Positions 13,290-28,075 of a stretch of 64,000 nucleotides of DNA are shown piece by piece. How positions within the stretch are numbered: the first letter of the stretch is position 1; each line of letters starts with the position of its first letter. The translations under genes and the position numbers were made by a program. This stretch comes from Chrysomallon squamiferum (lineage: Eukaryota > Animalia > Mollusca): NCBI GenBank assembly GCA_012295275.1, contig CM022665.1:25234001-25298000 (forward strand), in the 5' to 3' direction. Under the pieces are notes generated by a model, which was not told where the DNA came from, did no database searches, and was given only the letters and a program-made list of their open reading frames with translations.

Positions 13290-15903
13290 CTGAATATTGA
13301 GGTGGTTTTATAGATACGTTATCATTATTAAAATATAATGAGAAACAGCTATTATTTTTAACATACTCTGTTCTTGTATTTTTTCATTAGTATTATCTTT
13401 TTATAAATAATATAGAACTTTCTGATATAAAACTTATCTTTTATCGGATTTAGATCTTTATTAACAGTTTATGAGTAAGGCTAAGTGATATTCAAATACT
13501 TTTGCAATGAACTGGATGACAGAAACAGATTGTTCATTATTTCGTTATAATTAATAATTTAAAAAGAAAAAGCTTTTGAATATACACAGAAAAAGTCTAT
13601 TGTTCGTCATATTATGGTTTTTTTTTCTAACCCCAGCTTACTGTGTTCCAAAAAATTAATAATAATTAACAGAGAGCAGTAACAACAAACAGGAAATTCG
13701 GGAAAACGTATTATCCATGTTAAGAACATGACGTCAAACGACTTCTCTGAAGCTGCAGTTCTAAACGAGTCAGTTCATCAAACACTATGATCGAGGGTTT
13801 TTCTGTTTCTCAGCGACGTTGGGTGATTTTAAAAAAAAAAAAATTTCTTAACATAAAGAATATTATATCAAAGATCGCTTGCATCTAGAGATTTAAATGG
13901 TCTGCAGTATCAGATGACGATCATCAAGCAAACTGCAAAAAGTTTCTAATTAGTGGTCACGGAATAAATAACGATTTACGACTATTTATTCGTTCTACCT
14001 GATTTGCTTAGATCATGAAATATTACAGGAATTGGCAACCTTTTGTACGCTTTGAATCCCTGATGTTTGAATGGTGACCTATACTTTTATAATTTATTAA
14101 ATACTGTCATGCCTCGGTGCCAGGAGAAAACTGAAAGCTCTGCGGCAAAAAAGTGTCAGGGGAGCAGCACTGTGTGGCAGAGACTGTATTTCTGCATTGC
14201 TTTCGTCGTCTTTGTAGAAATTATGAAGAGACATTTTACTGCAAATGGTGATGACAGTTTATGATAAATTCTCAAGAGAGATCTTGTTTTTGCGAAAGTC
14301 AGCATGCCATTCTAATTGGTTTTTTACTCTCTCTTTTCAGGTCTGATAATTAAAACATTTATTCTTTGCTGGCTCATTTTCGTCACCGTTCTCTATCTCT
14401 TTCTCTGTCTCTCGCTATCTCTATTTTATTATCTTATATCAGTCTGTCTGTCTATTTATCTTTTCCTATCCCTCGGTGTGTATGTGCATGTGTGTTTGTG
14501 TCTATGTTTATGTGTATGTGTGTGCATGTGTTTGTGTGTGTGTGTGTATATATATATATATACAGTAACAGTAAAATATGATAATTCTTTAATCCATACA
14601 TACACACTCGTATTATTTTCCTATTCATATACTAGTACATAAAAGCATGTCTTTAAACAAATCAGTTACATGATGATGATGATAACAAAAATAAAATGTT
14701 GGAGACTGAATTAATATGATATGATACAGATGTGATAACCACACCTTCTTTTTCGTCATATTATTTCACAAGACAATAATGGTAACGCAAATTTTAAACA
14801 AAATAATCTTAGTGATAAAACTATTTATAAAACTGAGAACTTTGTTTCAGCAAGCGATTATTTCTACACCCTCTTTGCTAAAATACGTATTTTGGCTTAT
14901 TTAAATGATATGTGGGTTACTGACGTAGTTATTCTCTCTAGATTCATGTCTGACATATACGCCACATGAGAATGTATTTTCAACAAGTGTTCGTATAGAT
15001 GACACTTTTCCTATGGGTTAATATACACGTCACAGTCTATTTTCAGTTTAAGGTGAAAACAGTTTTGATCTTTCTAGCATTTTATACACGAGGGATGACT
15101 ATGATTACGAGGTTACATTTTCTAAGTCATACCTCTACGACAGGAAATTAACGATTGATTTTTTTCTTCTTTTAAATTTAATAATTTGTTTGTTTGTTCG
15201 TTTGTTTTTCTTTTGTTTTATTTTTTATTATTATTTTTAAATTTTGTATATATTTAGTTATTTTATTTAAATAATTATTTATTTATTTATTTTAATTTAA
15301 TTAGTTTTATTTTATTTTTATTTTTAAAATTTTTATATTTATTTATTTGAGACAGAAATACCTATCTCCTGCGACAATGATAATACATTTTTTTTTTTAA
15401 ACCAAGAAAAACATGACATATTAAGTACAAATTTTTTAAAATAAAATTCATAAAGTGTGTGGGAAAATTATGAAGTTTAAAATACGGAAATCAGAAAAAT
15501 ATTTGTTAAAAAACTTCTTTGGCATTTGTTTTACATCTTTGTAGAAAAACACTGCAAACTAACCACATCCATTGTCCATAACAAACAGAGATCCTCATAT
15601 GATATTTCCAAAGCAGTATTTAGCTACATTTAACATTACTGATGTACATAACTCTGCTATTTCCTTGTTTGTATCACACTGGGAAATTATATTTATTTTA
15701 TACTTTGTGGATTCGGCTGCTTTAAACTGTACGAAAACAGAATGTGTAAAGCAGTGAATATTATATTTACTGAAAAATATAGTGAGAAAAAAGAAGAAGA
15801 CGTAGTAACGTTATTTATTTTTCTTTAAGCTGTTGTATTGCTTTTGTATTGAAAAAACTGACTGAACGTAAATTTCTTATGTTTGTGTTTTTTATTAAAT
15901 TTC

Positions 15904-15946
<43 letters not shown>

Positions 15947-16569
15947 TTTTTAATGGCGTCATTCGGCGTCGTTTCTTTTTTTTTTTTTTTTTTTTTTTTT
16001 TCTTTCTTATTTTTTCAAAGATTAAAAATCACTTTATTTTTTATTATTTTTCTTAATTATTAATTATCGTTTTAGGTTACAGTTTAAATGAACAGGAGCT
16101 TGTTTCGAAAATGTTCTGTTTTGAATGAAAAAAAAAAATAGCTTAAACGACTGTAAATATTTGAGAAAGGTCCAAACATATCAAATTATCAGTACACTGG
16201 CACACGCACACACACACACACACACACAACACACACCACGTATTCATAAATAAATACATACATACACACACTCATATACATGACGTACATATATACACAT
16301 GTATACGAATGTCCAAAACCGACAGATATTCTGAATACATTTCTGCAGACACTATATAACTGATTTAATGTAAAATAATAATTCTTATTTTTGTGAGGCG
16401 ATTATTGTGAATTTTACATTAAGCTGTCTGTATCACTTCCAGGTCTTTTTAAATTTGTTTTTAACTGGAAATAAATTTGTCTACGTACATTCTTCATTAA
16501 GTCTGAAAGTTGATATAATTATCATAATAGCAATTTGTTACACTCTGTCAAAAAACAATGAACAAAAGA

Positions 16570-16780
16570 TTTATTATTATTTTATTTTATTTTATTTTAT
16601 TTATTTATTTATTATCAGCATCTATCATTATTATTATTATTATTATTACTGCTACTGCTACAACTATTACTGCTACTACTACTATAACTACTACTATTAT
16701 TATTATTATTATTATTATTATTACTGATGATGATGATGATGATGATGTTGTCGTCGTTGTCGTTGTCGATATGATGATGG
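16570..16780. repeat. Compound trinucleotide microsatellite (ATT/ACT/GAT/GTC)
   Basis: Read directly; generates the low-complexity 190-aa ORF. Confidence 0.9.
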
Positions 16781-18907
16781 TACTGGCTGTGTTTATTGTT
16801 GCTATGTTATTGCTGCTGTTGATTTTGTTTCCATTGTTACTGTGGTTGTACTTTTCGTCTTCATTTTGTTTGTCTTCTTGTTTTTGCACTGCTGCTGTCG
16901 TCGGCGTTATTGTTCAGCCTCTGATTGATCTTCGGGATGTTAAAGTTGATGACTTCACTTGTATGACTTCAGTCTGCATTACAGTTTATCTCAGTGTGTT
17001 CAGGAATGAAGTACTTAACACCGCTGGTTCTTCTCTGATTGAAGATAATTGGTGTGGAAGTAGTACAAAAAAGAAAAGAAAAGAAAAAGAAAAAATTGGC
17101 CAGACCAATTCACGTCCAGTTTGTGAATGAGTTTATCTCAGTAAACTAATAATAATTTTTATTTTATTATTATTATAATTTTTTATTTTATTTTTTACCC
17201 AAAAGCATAAGGCGTTGCCAGGAATATTTACAAAAAAGCAACATCAAACAAATAAACAAACAAAAACAATAAATAAACAACCAAACATAAATAAATTAAA
17301 ATTAATAATAATAATAAAAAATAATAATATTAATAATAACATGATGTCGCAGTACATTTACGTATAACGCAGGATGGAATGTGTGTTCAGTTTCAAATCT
17401 GCCTCATTATACGAATTTTGAATTTTATTTAAAAAAAAAAAAAATTATCTAGACTAAGAGCCAGTCGAGTAAGGAAAAGAAGGATTACTACAGAAGGTTA
17501 GAGTGGTCAGTGTGACCAATGGTATTCCTCGATACGTACAGAACTGTAGAACACTGAGTCATCAACTGAACTTATACGACAATATACCTGTAAGTGTTCT
17601 CTTTAAATGCACAGTCTAACACACATACACACGACTGCACATAAGCATAAAAAATGTTTAACAAAGTTAAATAATATAAAATATATTTTAAAAATGAACA
17701 CAATCAGAATTCCCAAAGACAGAAATTTGAAACGGACACGAAATAACTAGACTTTTAAGGGCACGAACCTCTGTTAGGAGTTACAAGTTCCATATAACAG
17801 TGGAGCAAAAACAATCTTCATACAAAATGAACTCGGCTGAAAATTATTTGGGCTGCATACTTCCATTATTCTGTTCACAAACTGTTAAAATGATTAGTGA
17901 TTTCAATGCAGTCCATTTTAGCTATTTGAAGCTAATGCAAATTCGAATTAACGTTAAGCAGATTCAATTATGGTCTGTTAAATTCGACTTAAGAGGTGCA
18001 TGCCTGTGTATCCTTGCGCCACAGATATGGTGGTGCCCCTGAAAATGTATTTAAAGATCTGAGCTTTTGGATTTGTATCACATAGCGTCATCTTCTTGAA
18101 ACACAAATTTTAAAATGGTTCCTTATTCTGATATGCTATGGTCTATTTGCTGAGCTGCTGCTGCTGTTGCTGTTGTTGTTGTTCTTTAAGCAGAGAGCAT
18201 GTATGTATTTTAGATCTGAAGTTATCTTTGTGAACCATCTTGTCCCCGGAGAGCCTAGAAAACAGGCGGTGTAGAAAAGTCTATTTCCTGTTGCTTTCCC
18301 TGCACTTTGTGCGAAATCTTTTTCAGATAAATCTCACTTCACATCTCGATGAAAGCATTAAATTTAATGTGACTCCGATTCACTGAATGACTGAAGCAGA
18401 TTTTAACATTTTATGGCTCCCAGTGTAAGTGATCGACTCAAACAATTAAGATTGAATCAAATGAAGTCGTGCACTCTGCAACAGACAATAAAAAAAAAAC
18501 TGATGTGGTTATTTTAGAACCTGTAATTTCCAAACGTGTTCAGTTTGAATCTCGAGGACTGTAGTAATAAAAATTCTTACATGTTCAGATGAGATGTTTG
18601 AAATAGTTCGACGAACTTTTAACAACACCGTGAAGCTTAATATGATTTCAGTTTTATTATAAATGTGAAAAGAAATTATAAAGAGTGCGATAATTTCATG
18701 TTTGACAGTTGGTTAATAAAATGTAACTGATATCAACAAAATATCGAATTACAAAATTTCGGAGATTTTATCTGGATCGAATATAAAGATGTTCTGTATA
18801 ACCGCTCTAATATATTCTTGGAATTACGTTATAGTAGTCCCCAAGGATATAGCATGATTTATGCTCCTAAGCTGCCTACTTGTTTATAGAAAAAAAGATA
18901 CAGCTAA

Positions 18908-18910
<3 letters not shown>

Positions 18911-18970
<60 letters not shown>
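18911..18970. repeat. (TC)n microsatellite
   Basis: Read directly from the sequence. Confidence 0.95.
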
Positions 18971-18973
<3 letters not shown>

Positions 18974-19137
18974 ATTTTTTTTCTGTATCTTTTGATCTAT
19001 TTTTTATTTATTTGTCTGACGTTTTTCTGTTTATGTAGTCCTCCGATTTTATGTTTTCTTCTCTTTTCTTCATACATACTCTACATGTATGTGTTTGAAT
19101 TCGCCTCTTTCTTCATTATCTCTAGCCCTGCCTCTTT

Positions 19138-19178
<41 letters not shown>

Positions 19179-20188
19179 ACTGACAACAATCCTACACATT
19201 TCAGTTTCCTTCTTTTTCCGTATTATATCTGTGCATTTCAAAGCTTTTGAAACGTATAACCTGAATCATGGTACAAAAAATATATATATATATGTCCAAT
19301 GTACAAAATAAGAAATATCAATAAATAAATGTTTGTTGTGTTGGTTTACTTATTCTCTGTCATTCAAAGTCGTTCAGTGAATCCAGATCCTTCAGTCCCA
19401 TTGCGTAACCAAATATCAAACTAGAATCTGCGTCAACGTTTTAAATACAACACATAAACGTGATCATCACTTCTATCAGTGATGCATTGTTTCATGAAAT
19501 GGCCGCGGGGTGTCTATCATAAACTTCCCTCAAAGCTTTTAAAAGATCCTCAAACTCCATCAAATTAGTGGAAGACGTTCCCGGGTCACCATCATGCTGA
19601 TTTACTCCTGATGAAATCTCTGTAAATCACACCTCTGAGATTTCGCAAATGTCTGTCTCCAACCAAAATTGTTTCTGAGTCGCTGAATCACCACGCCTGT
19701 CATTCAGTATTCAGTACTTCATATTATAATAAAAAAAAAAATTTATGGTAATTATGTAGTATAATTAATTTTCTTTAAAATTATTTTTAAAATATATTTT
19801 AATATGATTAAAATCAATGGCACTTCATTATTTTCAGGCTTTCTCGTCCCAAACATTTCATCAAAAAACGATTAGTACACAAAGTACGCGTTATTCTCTT
19901 TTCCTGTCTATGAGAAGGTATATATAAATGTTTCCTTACTGCTAAACGAAAAAGAATAGTTCGTCTTGCAGCTGTATTGCTTTTTCTCAAACACCTGAAA
20001 GTCCTGAGTATTATAATATGACCTAAATTAATTTTATATCGAGAACGTCATTGTATTAAATATTTTTTACCTTCTACCGTCTTCATTAAGTATTTAAGTA
20101 TTCTGTGGTGTTTACCAAATAAACAGCAGTTGGCAGATGCAGGTCTTTAAGAAATAACTTGATAAATTTGTTTAATTCGTTGTTATAC

Positions 20189-20482
20189 TGCAGCCTAGTG
20201 ATTAAACACTTGTTTGAGCTTGACTGGTTGCAGGATCAAACCTCGAAGATGTTCCCACTAAGCAGTTTCTAGCATGTGCCAGGTCTTGACAGTTGATTTA
20301 TCGAAGTCTGTTGTATTTGCTTTCCTGGGAAGGAGCTGAAATAGATCCATTGCTTCTGGCAGGTAAGAGTAACCCCAAACATTGTGGAAAGAGGTTTAGC
20401 CTCTCACTGTATTATTACAAGAAATGATGCGTTTGCTATCTGACAATTGTTAATAATATAATGTGTTATTGTTTCGTTAAAC
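20189..20482 (+). mobile_element. Decayed tRNA-derived SINE (Meta/MESC-domain-like)
   Basis: tRNA-like head (gcagcctagtgattaaa...ggatcaaacctc, resembling A and B boxes), central aaatagatccattgcttctggcaggtaagagtaaccc, and tail tgtgttattgtttcgttaaa. The central and tail motifs recur, diverged, at 34091-34408. Family name is from recollection of mollusc SINEs. Confidence 0.6.
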
Positions 20483-21148
20483 TTGTTTTGTGGGTTTTTT
20501 TAATCACATTATTACCAGCGTATTAAATTCCTTGATAAATGATTTTAAAATTTTAAATAATTAATTAATTGTGTTATTTTGTTTCCTATAGTGCTACTGG
20601 TTATAAACCCTCAATTTTCTAGCTTTTTCAAAATAGAACTGAACTTTGGAAAATTTGTTTCGACATAATGTCCATGTCAACCTTCTTAATTATTTTAATA
20701 ATTTCCTCGTAACTGACGTAAATGTTCTATATTTTGAACCTTTTAATTTTAGTTTTGTTCCAACAGCAGTTCGAGCATATAAAACTAAATCTTTTGTAAC
20801 AGAGGTGTATTTACACAACCGTGAAGAAAGTAATGAATCAAAAACTTTGTGTTTTATTACCAAGGTAACCGCAGTTTTCAGAGAAAATATCGCGATTTCA
20901 CACCTCACTTAAACAGTGACAAATGTACTCTTATTACTAGTGTAGTGTACGTTTTTGAAGTCTGTGTAAATATTGAAACCATTATCAACTAATTTCTTTC
21001 GATCATTTAAATCTGATATCTGATGAAATTACCTTTTTAAAAATTATTAATAGTATTTTAATTAATTAATTAATTAATTTATTTATTTACCTATCTATCT
21101 ATTTATTTATGAAAAACAATAATACAAATTTTAATAATTTAAAAAATA

Positions 21149-21180
<32 letters not shown>

Positions 21181-22375
21181 CACACACACACACAAAAAGA
21201 AGGCGCAGTATTGTGCTAGAAACATTTTCAAGATAAATAAGTATCATTATAAAGCAAAAGTCGTCTGCCGGCAAAAATAGCAGACGCAGTTACACGCTCT
21301 TTCGGGATTCGAGTAGTTTATATTATTATTTATCATTATTATTAGTAATTATTAATATTTAAATTGTGTTTACTCAGAATCAAAGTCGGGTGTGATAATG
21401 ATATTAACATTTACGTAATTAATTTACTTTCAATTTTAAAATATTAAATTTCGTAATAAGTTTTCATACCAATAACGTTTTAAAAATAAATTTAACTTCA
21501 TTCTGCATGGAAAGGTTTTCCCTAGCTCATATACTCATTATTTAAAAACCGAATGTTCATTTAGAATGGTGCCGTTGGAACTATTACGTTCAGTTATTTG
21601 CAATTAGCTTAACAGACAGAACCTTACTTACAAACCATTTCTATGTGTACAATTCTGATCAATTCTGAACCCACAGCTACAGAGAGAATAAAGCAATCGA
21701 TGTTAATCTCTTTAGGGATTTTTCTTTTTTTTCCCAAAATTTTTGAAGATTTAAATTTAATATGGAACGCCCACGTGCTACTGTTCGTGTTTTCGTGGAA
21801 AGGAAAGGCAGAGGTGTAGAGACAGGAACTTGGGAAATACATTTAAATTATTCCCTTTTAGCAAAAGGTCGAGATGTGTTCAGAAATTCAACATGGCATC
21901 ACAAGCGTGTAAAAGACGTCGCGCTGGGGACGAAGTCAAAGTCGTTGATGTAATTTTAAATAAAACAGGTTTGTGAATTACCTATCTTGAACAGAATTTA
22001 CTGGCGACAATGTGACCGCGACCAACACGTATGTACAGTTATAAGAAAGAATTTAGTTACATATGTCTTCCTCTCCTACATCTTTACGCAGGTGAACCAG
22101 AGAAAAAAAGAATTTTTTAACTTTTTTATTTTTTTCCTCACTTTTGAGTAATTTCAGTATTTGCTCATTTAAATGTGAATTCTGTTAGAATTAATGATTT
22201 CTGTTTTCAGAAGTGTCTGACATATAATTATGAGTTTTAAATTAATACAGATGAATAATTAAATACTGCTTCATTCAAGCATGAAGACAGTTGCTGTTAA
22301 TTCATTCTGAAGGGATTACTTAAATCGTCCGTTTTTTACTCCCACAAACATTATTATATTATTTGAACTGGCTGA

Positions 22376-22404
22376 ATATATATGTATGTGTGTATATGTG
22401 TATA

Positions 22405-22461
<57 letters not shown>

Positions 22462-22694
22462 AAGCGTGTGTATGTATGTATGCGTACATTTGTATATATT
22501 ATATGTGTTTAGATATATATATATATATATACATACGAACGTACGTATGTACGTATATACAAACATACATACATACATAAATAAATACACACATACATAC
22601 ATATTATTTTTTGTTATCATCATAATTATCACTCTTATTATTATTATTATTATTATTATTGTTATTATTATTGTTATTAATACTACTACTATCA

Positions 22695-22725
<31 letters not shown>

Positions 22726-22745
22726 GATTATTGTTGTTGTTGTTC
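22376..22745. repeat. Compound (TG)n/(TA)n/(CATA)n/(ATT)n microsatellite cluster
   Basis: Read directly from the sequence. Confidence 0.9.
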
Positions 22746-23468
22746 ACATTGCTTATTTTAAATATAAAAACGCAAACTAAGTTTTGTCAAAATTAATGTA
22801 ATTGCTTTATTCTCATCCGTATTTCAGTATTTTCTAATTTACAATCAACAACTGTTTTTCAGTTTGTTTTTTCTTAATGTACATTGTACATACACAATAT
22901 CTCTTTCACCAAACACCAAATCCAGATGGTCCCGCATTTCCAGTCTAAAAACATAATCGCAATTCAGATGACGAATGTTTTTGTGGGTTTTTTTTTTCTT
23001 TGTTTCTAAAACAAAGATTCTTCTAAATTTTAAGTCTGCGTTTTTATTATACACACTAAAATAATTATAGTAATAATAATTATTTTTATTTCATTTTGTT
23101 TTTCAAAAAAAAAAAAAAAAAAGAATTAAAAAATAGAGACGTCACTACTGATATAGAAATATCTCAAGCTTTGTGTTATAAAATGAAATCTAAACTGAAG
23201 AAAGAGAAAACAAATTTATTCCTGTGACAGAAAAACGGCTACTTCACAGAAGTATGAGCTTTTGTCACAGCGAAAACTGGATCTTGTAGTTAACGGGATT
23301 AACTAGGTTGTAGATAAGAGATAAATAAGCCTGTAGGATTATTATGGGAAAAACTGCAACAGAATCGTGATGATTATGCCGGCATTTTCTCGATGATGGG
23401 AGGAAAATCACATTCATATATAGGAAATGGACATTCCTTATTGCTATAATGATGTTCACATGATCTTA

Positions 23469-23513
<45 letters not shown>

Positions 23514-23722
23514 GCTGAATTATAAAATTAAAAAAAAACTGTGTTAGAGAAATAATTTCACATGATCTATGGGGGACGAATGACTCAAAGAGTAAATAAT
23601 GGCTTAAAAATAAGTATTCGCATTAACCGAAACAGATTACGGGTTTGGATTTTTAGAAGAAGAATTAAAATGGATGTCGTTGACTTAATGTATGCATGGT
23701 ACTGAAAACAGAAGACATATGC

Positions 23723-23761
<39 letters not shown>

Positions 23762-24223
23762 AGATTAGATCTGTAATTTTTAAAATGGTGTCACTATGGT
23801 ACAGGCAGGATAACTCCTGTGCCGTTAGACGGCAATTTGAAAAAAACAAAATTCAAACACCTTTTTGAAGTAAAATTTTATGATAATATGGATATGACTA
23901 TTTTCTGAGTGCGCAGCTAAAGGATGATTACTGTTGAAACACTATGTTTTTTATGTCACTAGATAGTCGCTAGAGAATTAGATGAACCTGACAGACAGAC
24001 AGACAGACAGACAGATAGACGGAGAGACATATGCAGAAGAAATACTGACAAAATACAGGAGGGAAAGACAGAACTGAGATAAAAGATAAGAATAAATAAA
24101 ACGAAGGCAGATAACAGGCTTTGAAAATGAGAAAGAAACAAACAAAAAAAAAACCCCAGAAAAGTCAAAGACAAAAATGGATTTAGAATATTCTTAGAAG
24201 CTGAAGCGGTTCACACACAAAAA

Positions 24224-24257
<34 letters not shown>

Positions 24258-24378
24258 GCATTTAAATTTTGAGAAAAAAAAAAAAAAAAAAAAATCAAAA
24301 ATCAAAATTCGTGAGGAATGTCCACTTCTTATTAATGACACAGTTAAGATGGTAAGTCAGATGACAGGAAAATACGTT

Positions 24379-24388
24379 TTTATTTATT
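24379..24388 (-). promoter_or_regulatory. Candidate polyadenylation signal (overlapping AATAAATAAA)
   Basis: Plus-strand tttatttatt reads AATAAATAAA on minus, about 85 nt after the stop codon. AATAAA is common in this AT-rich DNA, so use of this site is unproven. Confidence 0.45.
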
Positions 24389-24473
24389 CTTGTTCGCCTA
24401 ATCAATGTTCACAGTGACGGACTACTGGGATATGGTATTTGTCCAGCGCATGTGGAGATTCGAACACGTGGCC

Positions 24474-24667
24474 TCACACGGTGAAGCCGCTGTCAAGCAG
24501 CTGTTGCAGCATGTATTGGACCTCGTGCCACGAGCGCTCTGGCATGTGCATCCCCAGAAGAGGGCGCTCGTCACCTTCCCGGGCAGCCTGAAACGCCTTG
24601 CGCAGATTGTCCACATTTTCTTGTGTCAAACCGAGAGTGGTTTCCAAATCGTCAATTCCACTGGCAA
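24474..24667 (-). CDS. Prohormone-4/IDL terminal coding exon 4
   Basis: Acceptor attatttttcag|TT; encodes (V)ASGIDDLETTLGLTQENVDNLRKAFQAAREGDERPLLGMHMPERSWHEVQYMLQQLLDSGFTV with TGA at 24476-24474. Clearly GC-richer than the flanks. Confidence 0.92.
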
Positions 24668-24832
24668 CTGAAAAATAATAATAATTAAAAAAAAAAAAAA
24701 TGCTTAAAAAGGTTCGTCATTATGTAATGTAATATTACGTCATCGACAGTCATTTGTAGACATACTTTTATCTTTTATATATATGAATAATATCGTTATC
24801 ATCATCATCGTCACCATTATTATTATTATTAC

Positions 24833-24872
<40 letters not shown>

Positions 24873-25800
24873 TGCCGGTCGTTTATTTCACTGGCTGGTT
24901 GATTTTTAATTGTTTATTAGGTTAATTTTTAATGATGTTTTTTTTTTTTTTTTCTTTTTTTTATATATATATTTAAATTTTTATTTATTTATTTATTTAT
25001 TTATTATTATTATTATTTTGACATTTTGTGGTTTTGAAACTGTTAAAATAATGATTGTTACTTGATTTCTAATAATTAATTTATTTGTGATAGCTGTGGA
25101 TCGTATTAATTCCTATTATGATCACTAACAACCGTACGTAGCACTTCTGATTTGTCGTAACAGTATTTAATAATGTAATATGCCATCATCGAACAGTGCG
25201 AGTGAGAAGTTAAAAATACTAAACTTGCTTATATGTAACTGAAAAGTCATTCGTTTCAATTCTGTTTACCATGCATTAGTAATAATCTAATTCCGAAAAA
25301 CAGTAACAACGTTCCTCAGAGAAAAAGGAAAATAAAGCGACTATCAAATATTGATGCTTCGGCTAAAACTCGCACAAATGCGGCTTGTAAATTCCGCCAT
25401 GGTTCGCGCTCATCAAAGTGGAGAAATGAAAATGTGCTGTAGCTGTAATTGCAGTTTTTAAATATTTATCAGTGGTGTAGTGTTTTCTCTGCCGATCTGA
25501 TGCTGAAGTTACCTCAGTTTCAGATGTGCAAATCTAATATATCATTAGAAACCTAAAACCTGAGAGGTCAAATGATGTTTTTCAGTTAACTGATTTTTTT
25601 TTATCGTTTTTGCTCCATTTTGTGATGACTGTTTGTGGGTGCGGACACTGCTGAATGAACAGATGGGAGTGTTTCTGTACTTGTTCGGTGGCGGGAATCA
25701 TTGTGAATTTGATTTTTAAGTCCAAGGGGGAAAATAAACTGTTGTTTTCTAAATCTTTACAATACTGTTTTGTTCGTGTCCACGTAAAAACGTTCACTTA

Positions 25801-25803
<3 letters not shown>

Positions 25804-25852
<49 letters not shown>

Positions 25853-25930
25853 AACACACACATACACACACACACGCACACACACACTCACATACAAACA
25901 TACACACACACATACACACAAACACAACAC
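25804..25930. repeat. (CA)n microsatellite in intron 3
   Basis: Read directly from the sequence. Confidence 0.95.
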
Positions 25931-26179
25931 AGACTCAGAAAAAACCCATCGTATGCTTATACATTAATAAGCAATGATGGACATATTTTTATTTAGACCT
26001 TTTGAATTCATAAACGTTTTTTTTTTCTTCTTTCAGTGTTAAATAATAAATATAGGCATCCTATTTTTTTATTCAAAACTTTTACTTTCATTAAGAATCT
26101 CAAAATGAATGTTTAAGTCATTTAATGAAACTAGTAACGGAATCTGGTTTTAAACAAATTAAATGAAAATGGTTTGTAC

Positions 26180-26293
26180 CTGATAACGTATGAGCAACTA
26201 TTTCAGGATCCACGCCTCCGAAAAGGTTTGGAATAATCCAGTCACTTTCACTTTCCAGAAAATCAAACAGCTGTTCCATAGATGGTCTTGATG
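26180..26293 (-). CDS. Prohormone-4/IDL coding exon 3
   Basis: Acceptor ttatgttttag|CA and donor CAG|gtacaa; 114 nt, phase 1-1, no stop codons. Encodes (A)SRPSMEQLFDFLESESDWIIPNLFGGVDPEIVAHTLS. The RP..E...FL and LFG motifs match the post-LDLa segment of the family as I recall it. Confidence 0.9.
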
Positions 26294-27870
26294 CTAAAAC
26301 ATAAAATAAGAAAAAAATGTGAAAGATATTCTCTGTTTAACTATTAACTTATTAGTATTAGTAGTATTATTTTAGTAAATTATTTCGTTGGGTATTGCTT
26401 GTTATCAGATATAATATCATTTTCAACATTTTCTCTAAGTAACAGTCATACACGTGTACGAACGTGTATTTATATTTGAATGCACATACGTATGTGTGTG
26501 TTTATGATGTGTAAATGAATGTTTGTTTGCTTTTATGTTTTTTATGAATATATATATGTAAGAACGTACGTACATAAATATGTGTTTATATGTTAATATG
26601 TTAGCCTTTATGATTTGTTTTCTTATCTATCTTTGTTTTCCCTTGCCATAATAAGAGAAGGCTGTTATTTGAGATACGAGTACATCATTTTATACTTTCT
26701 CTGTTTTTCTGTCTCTGTCTCAGCCTGAATATCCTTTACTCTGTTTCCTTAGATGTTTGCCAAACAACACCTACTGTTTGTTTGTTTGTCCATTTTTGTT
26801 TTCTTTTGTTGTTTTTTTTTTTTCTCAGTGTTTCATTGCTGTTGTTATTGTTATTGTTGTGTTTTTTTTTTTTTTTTATTTTATCTGTTTTCAAAGCTAA
26901 CTTCTGTGTATAAATTAGTCATGTACACTAGACGATCTAGTAATACAAATTGTTGCAGAAAAAAGAAAACAATGTCAGAGTGACTGAAATTTAACAGACG
27001 CTTTTTGTAATTGCTACTGTGAGCATATGTGCATATTAAATGTCTCTCTGGGGTGTCTATATTCGTGCCATTTGTATAGAATACCAAATTATCTGTTGCT
27101 ATTTGTATCTACAGTGATGACGTATTTGTTTATCAGGAAAATTTATTAAACATTTACAGGAGAAATCATTGGCTAATAAAAGTTAACGTTAACGAGATTT
27201 ACTTCCTGTTAGAGCGTCACGTTTCCGTGATTCTGAATGATGTCTTCACGCTCACTGACGCTGTATTTATGAATATGTTTATTATTAAAAACTAGGCTAT
27301 AAAGTGTTAAATGAAATGTCCAAGATCAAATCATAAGGATCGATTTTTAACGAGTGACATATATTACTTTAAATTTTTATAAAATATCTAAAAAAAATTG
27401 TAAAATTTATGTTACCAGAAATACAGTGGAATTTTTTTTAAAGTTGATATGCATAACATGTATTGTTAATAACGCTTGATTTGTTAACAAAAAGTAGAAT
27501 CATCGATACATGAAAATTTAAGAGATGATCTTTCAGATAGATGAACGAGCTTAATATAACGTAGTTATAACAATTTAAATATTTAAACATGAATTATTAA
27601 ATATATACTTATATACTGCGATACTGTCATAGTTATATTGCTTCTTTAATTATGACTTTTAAATAAATGGTTCTAATACTTATTTAACTAGTCACGTAGC
27701 TTCTCTATGTTTAGCTACTTATATACATAAACATACACGCATATTCATATATAAGCACATATATACATATTTACACATTCATACATTATACATATAGAGC
27801 CAGACACACACACAGACACGCATAAATACACACAAACACACATACACACACACATACATACATACATACA

Positions 27871-27906
<36 letters not shown>

Positions 27907-28075
27907 TACATATATACACATACACTTACCCACGCATATATCCAAGTATACATACGTACCAATTTATACATTAAGATATGTGCAGACTGAAGTAAATAAT
28001 TACAAGAAATCAGTTATGTTAAATATCGTACACTATGAATATTATATTACTGATATTAAAAGAGGAGAGTCTTAC

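Noticed and set aside
16558-17130. Longest ORF (190 aa) as a membrane protein
   Set aside because: Poly-I/T/D/V tracts come from trinucleotide microsatellites and the remainder has no recognisable motif.
24402-24473. Possible stop-codon readthrough adding 23 aa (GHVFESPHALDKYHIPVVRHCEH)
   Set aside because: The context is TGA-G rather than leaky TGA-C, the first stop falls where family members end, and 23 open codons is unremarkable without conservation or ribosome-profiling data.
24405-24671. Plus-strand 88-aa ORF and minus-strand Cys-rich 64-aa ORF (24422..24616)
   Set aside because: These are antisense and alternative-frame shadows of the GC-rich exon 4. The true frame is fixed by splice phase and family motifs.
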